From NCBI GenBank assembly GCA_951406725.2, contig OX597823.1, forward strand, positions 117,490,001-117,554,000: a stretch of DNA of 64,000 nt. The letters are read 5' to 3'. The notes beneath the pieces are model-generated. The model had not been told where the DNA came from. It was given only the letters and a program-made list of their open reading frames with translations, and searched no databases. Position numbers and translations under genes: made by a program. Below are positions 1 through 10,498 of this stretch, piece after piece (positions within the stretch are counted from its first letter, which is position 1; every line of letters begins with the position of its first letter). This DNA comes from Octopus vulgaris. Lineage: Eukaryota.

Positions 1-16
1 AACTATAAATGAAGTA

Positions 17-1293
17 TTGGGTTGTCCAGAAAGTTCGTGCCAATTTATAGTAGCTTACCTTTCGACTTATTTTAGAACATGGTTAAGTCCATAAAATAGG
101 ATTTTACTACACCTTCATTTAGAGCACAGTTTAAGATATCTTTTCGTGGAAGAAGTTTATGTTCCTATAACATGTGCTAATTCTGTAACCCTTTAAAATG
201 GAAGATAAGAAAGTTCATCTTCGGCACTTGATGCTTTTCTTTTTCCATAAAGGGAAAAATGCCTCACAAGCAACCAAAGAAATATGCACAGTTTACAATG
301 ATGTTTCTTTATCCAAAAGAACTGTACAGAAGTGGATCGCAAGGTTCCAAGCTGGAGATTGTAGCCTTATTGATAAAGAGCGATCAGGTAGACCATCCAC
401 TACAGATGATGACCAAATCAAGTCATTAATTGAGAATAACCTACATTGCACGACCTAACAATTGGCAGAAAGCCTCAACATATCAAAATCCATCATTTGT
501 GAGCACCTGGTAAAGCTTGAAAGCTTGAGTACACAAATCGTTACAATGTTTGGGTACCACATGAGTTAAGTGAGAAGAACCTTTTGGATTGTATTTCCAT
601 TTGTGATTCACTTTATAAATGGAATGAAAATGTGCCTTTTTTAAAGCAAATTGTGACAGGTGGTGAGAAATGGATTATCTACTGAAATGTTCAGAGAAAG
701 CGATCCTGGAGTAAGCGACATGAGCCACCCCAAAAGCGGGTCTTCACCCTAAAAAAGTCTTGCTTTATGTCTGGTGGGATTGGAAAGGAATTCTGTGCTA
801 TGAGCTTCTCCCAAGTAACCAGACAATTCTGAGAAATACTGCACACAACTGGACGAGTTAGAAGCAACAATTCAAGAGAAGCGTCCAGAATTGGCCAACA
901 GGAAGGGTGTTGTTTTCCAACAAGATAATGCGAGACTGCATGTTTCTTTGGGAACCAAACAAAAATTGCTGCAGCTCGGCTGGGATGTGTTACCCCACCC
1001 TCCATATTCACCAGATATTGCTCCTTCGGATTTCCACTTATTCAGGTCTCTGCAGAATAGTCTTAATGGTAAAAATTTCAATTCCTTCGATGACGTAAAA
1101 AGATACCTTGATGAATTCTTTGCCATGAAACCACCTCAATTCTGGGAAGAGAGTATTTTCAAATTAAAGGAAAGATGGAGACGCATTGTGCAACAAAATG
1201 GTTTATATTTGGTTGATTAAAAATGTAATGGCAAGTATTTATTGACCTTTCTCTTTCCTTTAAAAATCAGCACAAATTTTCCGGACAATCCAA
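17..1293 (+). mobile_element. Full-length mariner (DD34D-type) transposon, decayed
   Basis: TIRs ttgggttgtccagaaagttcgtgc / gcacaaattttccggacaatccaa flanked by TA at both ends; internal transposase motifs WVPHEL (~551), QQDNAR and YSPDIAPSDFHLF. Confidence 0.95.
198..1220 (+). pseudogene. Mariner transposase pseudogene with stops and frameshifts
   Basis: ORFs 198..458 (HTH region, RSGRP) and 891..1220 (catalytic C-terminus); the first catalytic Asp reads VTGGEKW. Confidence 0.93.
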
Positions 1294-1974
1294 TACTTAA
1301 AGAAGAAATATTTTAACAGCATACAAGGAGTCTAAAATATAATTCTTTCTAATTTTCACACAAGTCCAGCAAAATTTGGGGGAGGAGCAAGTTGATTACA
1401 TCGACCCCAATGTACAACTGGTATTTATTTTATTGACCTTGAAGGGATGAAAGGCAAAGGGTCTAAAATAAAATGAAAACAAAAGCATAAGTCTGGCTCA
1501 ATATGAAGTGTGTCATGTCATAATTTGTATAAATAAAGTCAGTAAAATGAATTAAATGACACAAAGATAAAGAAAATACTAAAAGGTGAAGCTTTCAAAC
1601 AAAATAATTTAATTCAGTTAAGTATGTAATTGGTAAAGACTAAGTTTATACAAACTTCAGTCAGAATGTTAACGTACATTTTTCAGTAAGAAGAGTGTCT
1701 CCAAGAGAACAAATGACAAGAGTTATTTCTATTTTGTACAAAATGTGAAACAACATTTTCATAAATCGCTCTAAAAGCATGTGTGACGTTACTGGTGAAA
1801 AGTTTTTAACCACAGATAAAAGGATAAAAAAAAATGTATGAAAATGCTTGTCATATTCTTGAATTGACAGAGGTTGCCATACAAGAAAAGCAGCAACTGA
1901 CCATTTGGAGAAATACTTTATTATAAGGAAGAAGAGTCTTGCATCTGCTTCTGACTTTTATTAGAAAAACATAA
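1190..1974. repeat. Arm A of a ~780 bp inverted duplication (partner 4173..4955)
   Basis: Reverse-complement match over the whole length, with about ten substitutions counted by eye. Confidence 0.95.
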
Positions 1975-2502
1975 TCAAATTCATGAGCAAAATCTGTTTG
2001 GTTATATTATGTAATAATTTTGAAAACGTGGTGAGTTGTCCAAATCAGAAACCAATCAAACAAAATGTTTGGTGGCATTTCTTGTGGCTCTTCACATTCT
2101 GAGTTCAAATTCCACTGAGATACCTTTGCCTTTCATCCCTTTCATCCCTTTCAGAGTCAATAAGATAAGAGCATACCTATACAAGTGTGCTTCTCCACCA
2201 ACTCCGTTTCCTCGTAACTTACAGAAAAATGGATGTTTTTTATCTCTGATGGAATTTTCGATGAATAACTTTCAGATGACGTAGATTATGATTCTATCAG
2301 AATTTAATGTGAGAAATAAATTGCTAGGCATGCACACAAACATACATACCGATACACATCACATAATTTTCTCAAAATTTCAAGTTTTATTGTGTAGATA
2401 TACATGTAGCATTTGTCAGTATGTACACATGTGCCCCCCACCAATTTTTTCCCACATTAAATTCCAATAAAATCATAATCTGCATCATCTGAAAGGTATT
2501 TA

Positions 2503-2712
2503 CCTTTTATCTTTTACTTGTTTCAGTGATTGCACTGCAGCCATGCTGGGGCACCACTGTGAAGGGTTTAGTCAAAACTTCGATTTCAGTACTTATTTTC
2601 CAAATCTGATGCTATTCTATCAGGCTCTTTTGCTAAACTGCTAAGTTATGGGGATATAAACAATAAACAAAACAAAACCAGTTGTCAAGCAGAGGTTGGG
2701 AACAAACACAAA
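2503..2712 (-). mobile_element. SINE family 1, 3' half
   Basis: Tail motif ccagcatggctgcag...tgaaacaagtaaaaga on the minus strand. Confidence 0.8.
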
Positions 2713-2756
2713 GTCAAGCACACATTGAGATATATATAAAAGTGCCACACCCTAAC

Positions 2757-3092
2757 TATGTTTGTCCCCCCCCCCCATCAGCGCTTGACAACCGGTGTTG
2801 GTGTGCTTATGTCCCCATAACTTAGCAGTTTGGCAAAACAGACTGATAGGGTAAGTACTAGGCTTAAAAAAATAAACCCTGGGGTCAGTTTGCTCAACTA
2901 AAAGGTGGTGCATGGCTGCTCTCACATGACTGAAACAAGTAAAAGAATATATGTGTGAGTGTATCAAAATAAGTCACAAGGATATCCTTCTTGCTTATTT
3001 TGATTATAATCACCACATTTCATTTATATGGATAAAACCATACAAAATTCTGGTGCCTCAACTTAAGTGCCATATTCATCTGAATCTAAATT
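2757..3092. repeat. Arm B of an older inverted duplication (SINE 3' half plus fold-back element); partner 5036..5460
   Basis: Shared diagnostic SINE variants (near-identical ORFs 2752..2967 and 5284..5544) and shared flank ggtgcctcaacttaagtgccatattcatctgaatctaaatt. Confidence 0.85.
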
Positions 3093-3774
3093 TTTGCTGA
3101 ACTCATCTACCAAACCCAAAATATATATATGTATGTATACTAAGTGACATTTATTTTGTAAAATAGTTTAGCCACCTCAAAAATTAATAGTTTCAAATAC
3201 TTAGAAAGGACTGCTTTGAATAAATTGCAATGGTTTTACTGCAGAACTAATTCTTCAACTGACAGACGGTCTTAGTAAATGTTAATAGCATCTTCCCGAC
3301 AGTATACTGACTACTTTCTCTATTCGATTTATCCTATTCTGTTTTTTGTTGTTTTTTTTTGCTTTTTGCTTTATCATTCATTTTCTTCTCTCTCCTCTGT
3401 AATCTCAGAGAACTTCCCTAATCTGCCGTTTTCCTTAAGTTATTATCCCTGAATTATAATTAGCTGGATCTCCATTAATTAAATTCAATATTCTATTAGC
3501 TCTGTAATAATTGATCAGAGAACTTTTATCATGATTAATTAGATGAACAATTAAGTAACACCAGAATTTATTAACCATACTGCTCATTAATGTAATAAAC
3601 TTTAAAACAATATAACAGTAAATGCTTTTTTTAAAAAAAAAAAAAACAGCTTCAGCTGCTATCTTTGAACATGTTTTGATCAGGTCGAATATCATGCTTG
3701 GCACCTGCTCACTGCCAAGCATACAAGCATGTTCTGCTGCTACCAACCTTCATGAACAAGGTTGCTAAGTTTAA

Positions 3775-3994
3775 CCCTTTCGTTACCAACCCGGCTGAGA
3801 CTGGCTCTGGCTCTGAGTACAAATGTTTTGTTCCCATAAGTTTTGAATTAAAATCTTTCACCAAATGTTAGTCACAATTCATGTTCTTAACACTAGCTGA
3901 ATGATAACTAAGTTATTTTACTAAATTCTTTGTTATATTTAAAGTAATTGAAAGAAACACAGAACATCTCAAAATAAATACAGTAACAAAAGGA
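3775..3994 (+). mobile_element. piggyBac-type MITE (~220 bp)
   Basis: TTAA at both ends and CCCTT... termini; homologous copies at 38859..39083 and 45241..45456. Confidence 0.88.
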
Positions 3995-4172
3995 TTAATG
4001 ACATCTTTGGAATAGGAATACTTTTAACTGTTCTTTAGTTTACAACCTTATTCTGCTACCCCTGCTCTTAAATGTTTGGTTATTCTGATTAGGAATTTCA
4101 CTTGATGATGATCTGTTCATGATATTTCACTGTTTGCTTGCTTCTTTGGTGACGAGTTGAAAATTATGTAAC

Positions 4173-4955
4173 TTATGTTTTTCTAATAAAAGTCAGAAGC
4201 AGATGCAAGACTCTTCTTCCTTATCATAAAGTATTTCTCCAAATGGTCAGTTGCTGCTTTTCTTGTATGGCAACCTCTGTCAATTCAAGAATATGACAAG
4301 CATTTTCATACATTTTTTTATCCTTTTATCTGTGGTTAAAAACTTTTCACCAGTAACGTCACACATGCTTTTAGAGCAATTTATGAAAATGTTGTTTCAC
4401 ATTTTGTACAAAATAGAAATAACTCTTGTCATTTGTTCTCTTGGAGACACTCTTCTTACTGAAAAATGTACGTTAACATTCTGACTGAAGTTTGTATAAA
4501 CTTAGTCTTTACCAATTACATACTTAACTGAATTAAATTATTTTGTTTGAAAGGTTCACCTTTTAGTATTTTCTTTATCTTTGTGTCATTTAATTCATTT
4601 TACTGACTTTATTTATACAAATTATGACATGACACACTTCATATTGAGCCAGACTTATGCTTTTGTTTTCATTTTATTTTAGACCCTTTGCCTTTCATCA
4701 CTTCAAGGTCAATAAAATAAATACCAGTTGTGCATTGGGGTCGATGTAATCAACTTGCTCCTCCCCCAAATTTTGCTGGACTTGTGTGAAAATTAGAAAG
4801 AATTATATTTTGGACTCCTTGTATGCTGTTAAAATATTTCTTCTTTAAGTATTGGATTGTCCGGAAAATTTGTGCTGATTTTTAAAAGAAAGAAAATGGT
4901 CAATAAATACTTGCCATTACATTTTTAATCAACCAAATATAAACCATTTTGTAGC
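4173..4955. repeat. Arm A' of the inverted duplication, including an inverted copy of the mariner right TIR (~4852..4880)
   Basis: Reverse complement of 1190..1974. Confidence 0.95.
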
Positions 4956-5035
4956 TTATGGATGTTGTGTGCACTGCATACCTGACTGTACTCTGCTTAC
5001 TTCACAATATAGACTCTTAAAACAACTATAGCAAC

Positions 5036-5239
5036 AATTTAGATTCAGATGAATATGGCACTTAAGTTGAGGCACCAGAATTTAGTACGGTTTTATCCAT
5101 GCAATTTCAAAGTAAGGTGATTAAAATCAAAATAAGTAACAAGGATATCCAGAGGTAATACAGTACAATCAATTAAATGGAGTTGCATGAAACGATTGTA
5201 CTGCATTACCTCTGGATATCCTTGTTGCTTATTTTGATA
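5036..5239. mobile_element. Fold-back non-autonomous element with a partial hammerhead motif
   Basis: Inverted arms atcaaaataagtaacaaggatatccagaggtaatacagtacaatc / gattgtactgcattacctctggatatccttgttgcttattttgat; GAAAC-GATT-GTA at ~5189..5200. Confidence 0.65.
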
Positions 5240-5261
5240 CACACACACATATATATATATA

Positions 5262-5465
5262 TTCTTTTACTTGTTTCAGTCAAGTGACAGCGGTCATGCA
5301 CCACCTTTTAGTTGAGCAAATTAACCCCAGGGTTTATTTTTTTAAGCCTAGTACTTACCCTATCAGTCTGTTTTGCCAAACTGCTAAGTTATGGGGACAT
5401 AAGCACACCAGCACCGGTTGTCAAGCGCTGATGGGGGGGGGAACAAACACAGACACACACACAGA
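5262..5465 (-). mobile_element. SINE family 1, 3' half (part of arm B')
   Basis: Same tail and body as the other copies. Confidence 0.85.
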
Positions 5466-5844
5466 TATATACCAGAAAACCCATTCGTCTGTTTTTATTA
5501 TGCTTAAGGCTCCATTCATCATTAAATACTTTGGGATAATATAAGAGTTTTGGATTATCTAAGAACAGTGAACTTTCTTTCTTCCATGCGTTCTGTGATA
5601 ACTTAACTGTTTTCCATCATTCTGTCCAGCCAATTTGTGGCATGCTTCACATTGATATACCTCGATCTTTTAGGGATCTCTGGCATTCAATGCTATATAT
5701 ATTTATGAAGCCATTACATTGAGCTCTGTGGTGTCAACCAACCTGCTGGAAATAGTAGTCAAATCTTTCTTAACCCTTTAGCATTCAGATTAATCTGTCA
5801 GGTGTAATAATTATTTACTCACTTTATATATATGCTTATAATAT

Positions 5845-5918
5845 GCTTACAACCATATCACGTTGAAAGCTCTGGTTCTCATCCGATCACCAAAGTTAAG
5901 CAATGTCGAGCCTAGTTA
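5845..5918 (+). pseudogene. 3'-truncated 5S rRNA pseudogene (first ~74 nt)
   Basis: gcttacaaccatatcacgttgaaagctctggttctcatccgatcaccaaagttaagcaatgtcgagcctagtta matches the 5' part of invertebrate 5S rRNA with CpG-type decay; box C is absent. Confidence 0.9.
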
Positions 5919-5939
5919 TATATATGTTCATTTGATATT

Positions 5940-6127
5940 CTTTTATTTTTTTATTTGTTTCAGTCATTTGACTGTGGCCATGCTGGAACACTGCCTTTAG
6001 CCGAGCAAATAAGGCACTTGCCCAAGGTGCCATGCAGTAGGACTGAACCCGAAACCATGTGGTTGATAAGCAAGCTACTTACCACACAGCCACCCCTGCA
6101 CCTATAAACAGCCACTCCTGCATCTAT
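5940..6127 (-). mobile_element. SINE family 1, internally deleted
   Basis: tRNA-like head (tggctgtgtggtaag...gggttcagtcc) joined directly to the tail. Confidence 0.8.
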
Positions 6128-6480
6128 GGTATGTACAGATGTTTATATATTTATTTTTCCTGGTGATGTTCGTACAGATGAGTGGAGAACATGGTAATAC
6201 ATGGTGACCATGAAATTATTGACGGTATATGATTAAATCACTTTTTTATTGAAAGAATTACTCCTAGTTTTCATTCCCCTCATTGTCAGCATGTGTGTAT
6301 ACTTATTGAAGTAGTTTCACTTTAGAGTCCCATTAACATGTGTGGCTTTTACACACAGTAAGTAATAGCCTTTGGTACTATGATATATATATATATTGCT
6401 TGCAGCAAACATAATCTGAAAGAAGACACTCACTCTAAGATGTAGAGCAGTATATACTAAAAATGGGGAAGGCCAGTTTA

Positions 6481-6543
6481 TGAGATTACCTTAGGTTTCT
6501 CATCCATAAAGGGTTTAGCTTTATGGTGTATCATCAGATGCCA
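6481..6543 (-). ncRNA. Type I hammerhead ribozyme motif, left arm of palindrome
   Basis: Minus strand: CTGATGA, stem II CCATAAAG/CTTTATGG, GAAACC-TAA-GGTA, then atctca. Confidence 0.7.
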
Positions 6544-6582
6544 AAAATCTGTTGGCATATGGGTCATGTGCCAACAGGTTTC

Positions 6583-6644
6583 TGGGATCTGATGTTACAC
6601 CATAAAGCTAAATCCATTATGGACAGAAAACCTAAGGTAACCCA
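6583..6644 (+). ncRNA. Degenerate hammerhead motif, right arm of palindrome
   Basis: tgggat-CTGATGt ... ccataaag/cattatgg ... GAAAACCTAAGGTA-accca; the two-arm consensus gives stem I TGGGAT/ATCCCA. Confidence 0.6.
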
Positions 6645-6742
6645 TAAACTGTCATTCTCCATTTTTAATGTATATATATATGTGTGTGTGTGTATATATA
6701 TATACATATATGTATGTGTGTATATATATATATATATATAAT

Positions 6743-7034
6743 ATTAGAAAAAACCCACCTTTTATCAATTCAAAATGAATAATTAAATTACGCCATCAAG
6801 AAAATTACACATAATAGAAAAGTTAAAATTAAAATAACCATAAAAAGTAAAGATTAAATAAATTACAAAAATAATATAATGTATATAATAGGTATATAAT
6901 TATATTATTTTTGTAATTTACTTAATCTTTACTTTTTATTGTTATTTTAATTTTAACTTTTCTATTATGTGTAATTTTCTTGATGGCGTAATTTAATTAT
7001 TTATTTTGAATTGATAAAAGGTGGGTTTTTTAAT
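6743..7034. repeat. ~290 bp AT-rich near-perfect palindrome (fold-back insertion) between (TA)n tracts
   Basis: Arms of ~135 bp, aaaaaacccacc...aataatataat and its reverse complement, around a ~20 bp spacer. Confidence 0.92.
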
Positions 7035-7085
<51 letters not shown>

Positions 7086-7215
7086 AATAACAATAGGGTA
7101 ATAAGAAATTATTACCAGTGGCCTAGCACAAAAACGAATTAGTCATTAGACTATATATTATAATTATATTTATTTTATTTTAGCTCACGAGCTGTGGCCA
7201 TGCTGGGGCACTGCC

Positions 7216-7275
<60 letters not shown>

Positions 7276-7880
7276 CATATACATATTTAGATAGAGTATT
7301 TAATAAATTTTTAGCAGGAAAATGTTGACAGTGATTTTGAAGTTTTGGTTTATTTTTTGGTATGTTTTTTGCTACTTTTTCTTAAAGATATACAAAAATG
7401 TGTGATGATTTTGTGTATATATTTATGAGTTGACATATATTAATGATTGCTTGTATGATTGTGAGGAGGAGGAGGATGAGTTCATGTGTGTGCATGTGTC
7501 TTCAGTGTAGACATTAAAATTATGACAAAACGTCACCTTTAGTCTGAAAGCTTAATGGAATCATGAGATATCAACTGGTAATAAAGAATACACAGGATAT
7601 GAGAGGGGATAATAACTACTTTTATTGCTTTCCTACATTTGTATTGATATGTCTACAACTAACCAGAACTATAAGGTTATCTGCCAGGATGAGTTCAGTG
7701 GCTTACCTTACTACAGACACATCATTTTAAGTGGAATGTATGCTGTAAAATGTCTTACATGAAATATGAAAATGGAGATTATTTTGTCAGATGTTGTTAT
7801 TGTTTGCTTGTTGGTTATGTCTGATGAAGCCAATCTAAGATGGAGCAGATAGGATTATCCCATCTTTTTTGTTTATCAAG

Positions 7881-8621
7881 AAGTGTTTCTCATCCGTTTT
7901 ACATATGGCCCCTTTTGATTGCTATTTTATTTGAGTGGACCCCCATAGTTATTTGATGTTTTAAAAATCCTATGTTTTTATAATAATAATAATAATGAAA
8001 TTATTGTGTACAGTGCTCAGGTGCACCACCACTTGTCAGAAGTGCGTATAAAGCATATGCAGTAATGTACAAATGTCTGGAAAGTGAACAGTGTATGAGT
8101 CAGATACATGCTTGCATGTGTATGGAGGGGAGAAAAATCAGGTGTAGTGTTGGCAAATCTCAGAAAGCATGGAAGTTTTGAAGGATTCAGTGCTCTGACA
8201 ACTAACAACTGATGCCGGCAGTTTGTTCCATGCTTCAGCAACTCTTAGCTTGAAAAAATGTTTCCTAAAGTCATGGGAGCTGTGCTGTTTTCTGACTTTG
8301 TAAATATGTCCACAGGTGTTAGACAGGTGGAGTTTGAAAAGGTGCTCAGAGTTATTGTTGGTAAGATGGTAAATAATTTTATGGGTGTCTGCCAAGTCAG
8401 CTGCCAGACATTGGAGTTTCAATGTGTCCATGCCCAGGGAAGTAAGGCGTTCAGAATATGGCAAATGCCTGATGAATTCTATAGCATTAAATATTATTAG
8501 GAATTGTATTAAAAAATTATTAAAATATTTTGTGTATTGTAGAAGTGTATTGCACATAAATTTTAACCACAAAATCTGATATAGACCCACAAGGGCCATA
8601 TGGACTGCAGTTGAGAACCAT
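7881..8621 (+). mobile_element. hAT-like MITE interrupted by a CR1 insertion
   Basis: Ends gtgtttctca.../...ttgagaaccat; internal tggacccccatag shared with the intact copy at 56492..56811. Confidence 0.65.
7979..8474 (-). mobile_element. CR1-clade LINE 3' end
   Basis: ORF 8138..8599 contains LPYSERLTSLGM...GHIYKV...FFKLRVAEAWNKLP; (ATT)n tail. Confidence 0.9.
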
Positions 8622-8699
8622 TAATCTAGAACTATGACTGTCAATATGGCCTCCTTTTTCTACAGATGATAGGATTTGATATAATTTTGTAAAACTTAA

Positions 8700-8902
8700 A
8701 CCTGCCGTATTCAGCCCAAATATTCTACATGTTTTGTGTTCAAATTCGCCAGATCCTGCTTCTCACACCTATCCGATAATGCCATTGTAAAAATAAGCAA
8801 TCATTGAAACCTCAAAGCTATGAGATAATGCATGATGGATTGAAAACCATGTGGATAAATGAGTATTGCATGTGACAGATGAACCTAAATGACAAAGGGT
8901 TA
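8700..8902. mobile_element. piggyBac-type MITE, second family (decayed)
   Basis: Ends in aaagggtta; homologous to 56270..56458 and to the fragment at 5770..5820. Confidence 0.6.
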
Positions 8903-9364
8903 CGGAAGATTTGACTACTGTTTCTAGCAGGTTGGCTGCCTGCATAGATCAGAGTGTAATGGTTTCAACTGAAAGTGAAATCAGCCAACAGTAACAGCAA
9001 CTTAGGTAAAAAAAAAAAATAGAAAAAAGAAAGAAAAAGAGGAAGAACAACACTACAAAGATAATTTCTTATTCTTTAATATTACTTAACATGAAAAAAG
9101 TATTGTTATCAAGAATTACAAAGAAAAATATACTTTCAAGAAATACCAAGAAACAATATATATTCATTCAGTGCATAATAATTTCTTTTCCATAATGTAG
9201 TCAAAATCAAGTAATTTACCCCAAGTTCACAAAAAAGTCTGTAAATGGTCACAAAAATATAAATGTTTCTCCACATACATAGTCTGTATATTATATGTAC
9301 CTACTGTATTACAATGCTATTTTGCTATATAAGCATATAATGTGTGTGTACACACATACAATAC

Positions 9365-9410
<46 letters not shown>

Positions 9411-9641
9411 GTTTACATTTAAACACAAGAGAAAACTACCATTTAACAGGTAAGAAGCAGCCAAAACGACCAAATGAAATGAAAAATAAAAACTTTTTTC
9501 CTTCGAAAATTGCTAATAAATGTGGTTTTGCTAATAAATGTGGTACACTATTTTATATTAAGAATATGTTGTCTATTGACTATTTATACATGCTAGGCCA
9601 TTGGTGGTGATATTTCTAAGAATATTCGCTACCCTATATGT

Positions 9642-9686
<45 letters not shown>

Positions 9687-10013
9687 AAACACACACTTAC
9701 ATACACATGTATATTATATGTATAACACACACACACTGTGTTATGATGTATTTTTACAGTATTATAACATTTTTTGTATAGTCACCAGTACCTGTACTAA
9801 AATATAACTCAGTGTTCATGTATTTCCATTGAACTTCATTTGTTTCCTGCCACAGATTCTTGTGTATTTTTGTTTTTTCATAAACCAGATCTCCATTGTA
9901 TTTTGTATTTAGTGCAACTGACTTCAATTTCCCTGAAACTCGTATCTTATTCGTCATGGATTGAATTAACTTGGTGAAATATTTACATTTTGAAAACTAA
10001 AGTTTCTTAGTTG

Positions 10014-10241
10014 TTTTACTCTTACTCTTTTATTTGTTTCAGTCATTTGATTGTGGCCATGCTGGAGCACTGCCTTTAGTCGAGCAAATCAACCCCAGAG
10101 CTTATTCTTTGTAAGCCTCGTACTTATTCTATCGGTCTCTTTTGCCAAACTGCTAAGTTACGGGGACGTAAACACATCAGCATCGGTTGTCAAGCGATGT
10201 TGGGAGGACAAACACAGACACACAAACACACACACACACAA

Positions 10242-10274
<33 letters not shown>

Positions 10275-10445
10275 CATATATATGACGGGCTCCTTCCAAT
10301 TTCCATCTACCAAATCCACTCACAAGGCTTTGGTTGGCTCAAGGCTATAGTAGAAGGCACTTGCCAAAGGTGCTACGCAGTGGGACTGAACCCAGGACCA
10401 TGTGGTTGGTAAACAAGCTACTTACCACACAGCCACTCTTGCGCC
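10014..10445 (-). mobile_element. Full-length tRNA-derived SINE family 1 with internal microsatellite
   Basis: Head ggcgcaagagtggctgtgtggtaag (box A), gggttcagtcc (box B), internal (TA/TG)n, tail tgactgaaacaaataaaagag. Confidence 0.92.
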
Positions 10446-10498
10446 TATAGGAATCATTGCTTAAAAAAAATTGTTTGGAGTCCTTAGTTTCTGAAATT

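Noticed and set aside
1710-1815. Resemblance of LYKM.NIFINRSKSMCDVTGEKF to motifs D/E of a negative-strand RNA virus polymerase
   Set aside because: There is no upstream SDD motif and the similarity is too weak to claim.
6158-6200. cCTGGTGAtgttc...gagtggAGAACATGGTA as a degenerate hammerhead
   Set aside because: Both core words are mutated, the stems are weak and there is no second arm to reconstruct from.
7815-7880. CTGATGA as a further hammerhead
   Set aside because: No downstream GAAAC or stem III is present.
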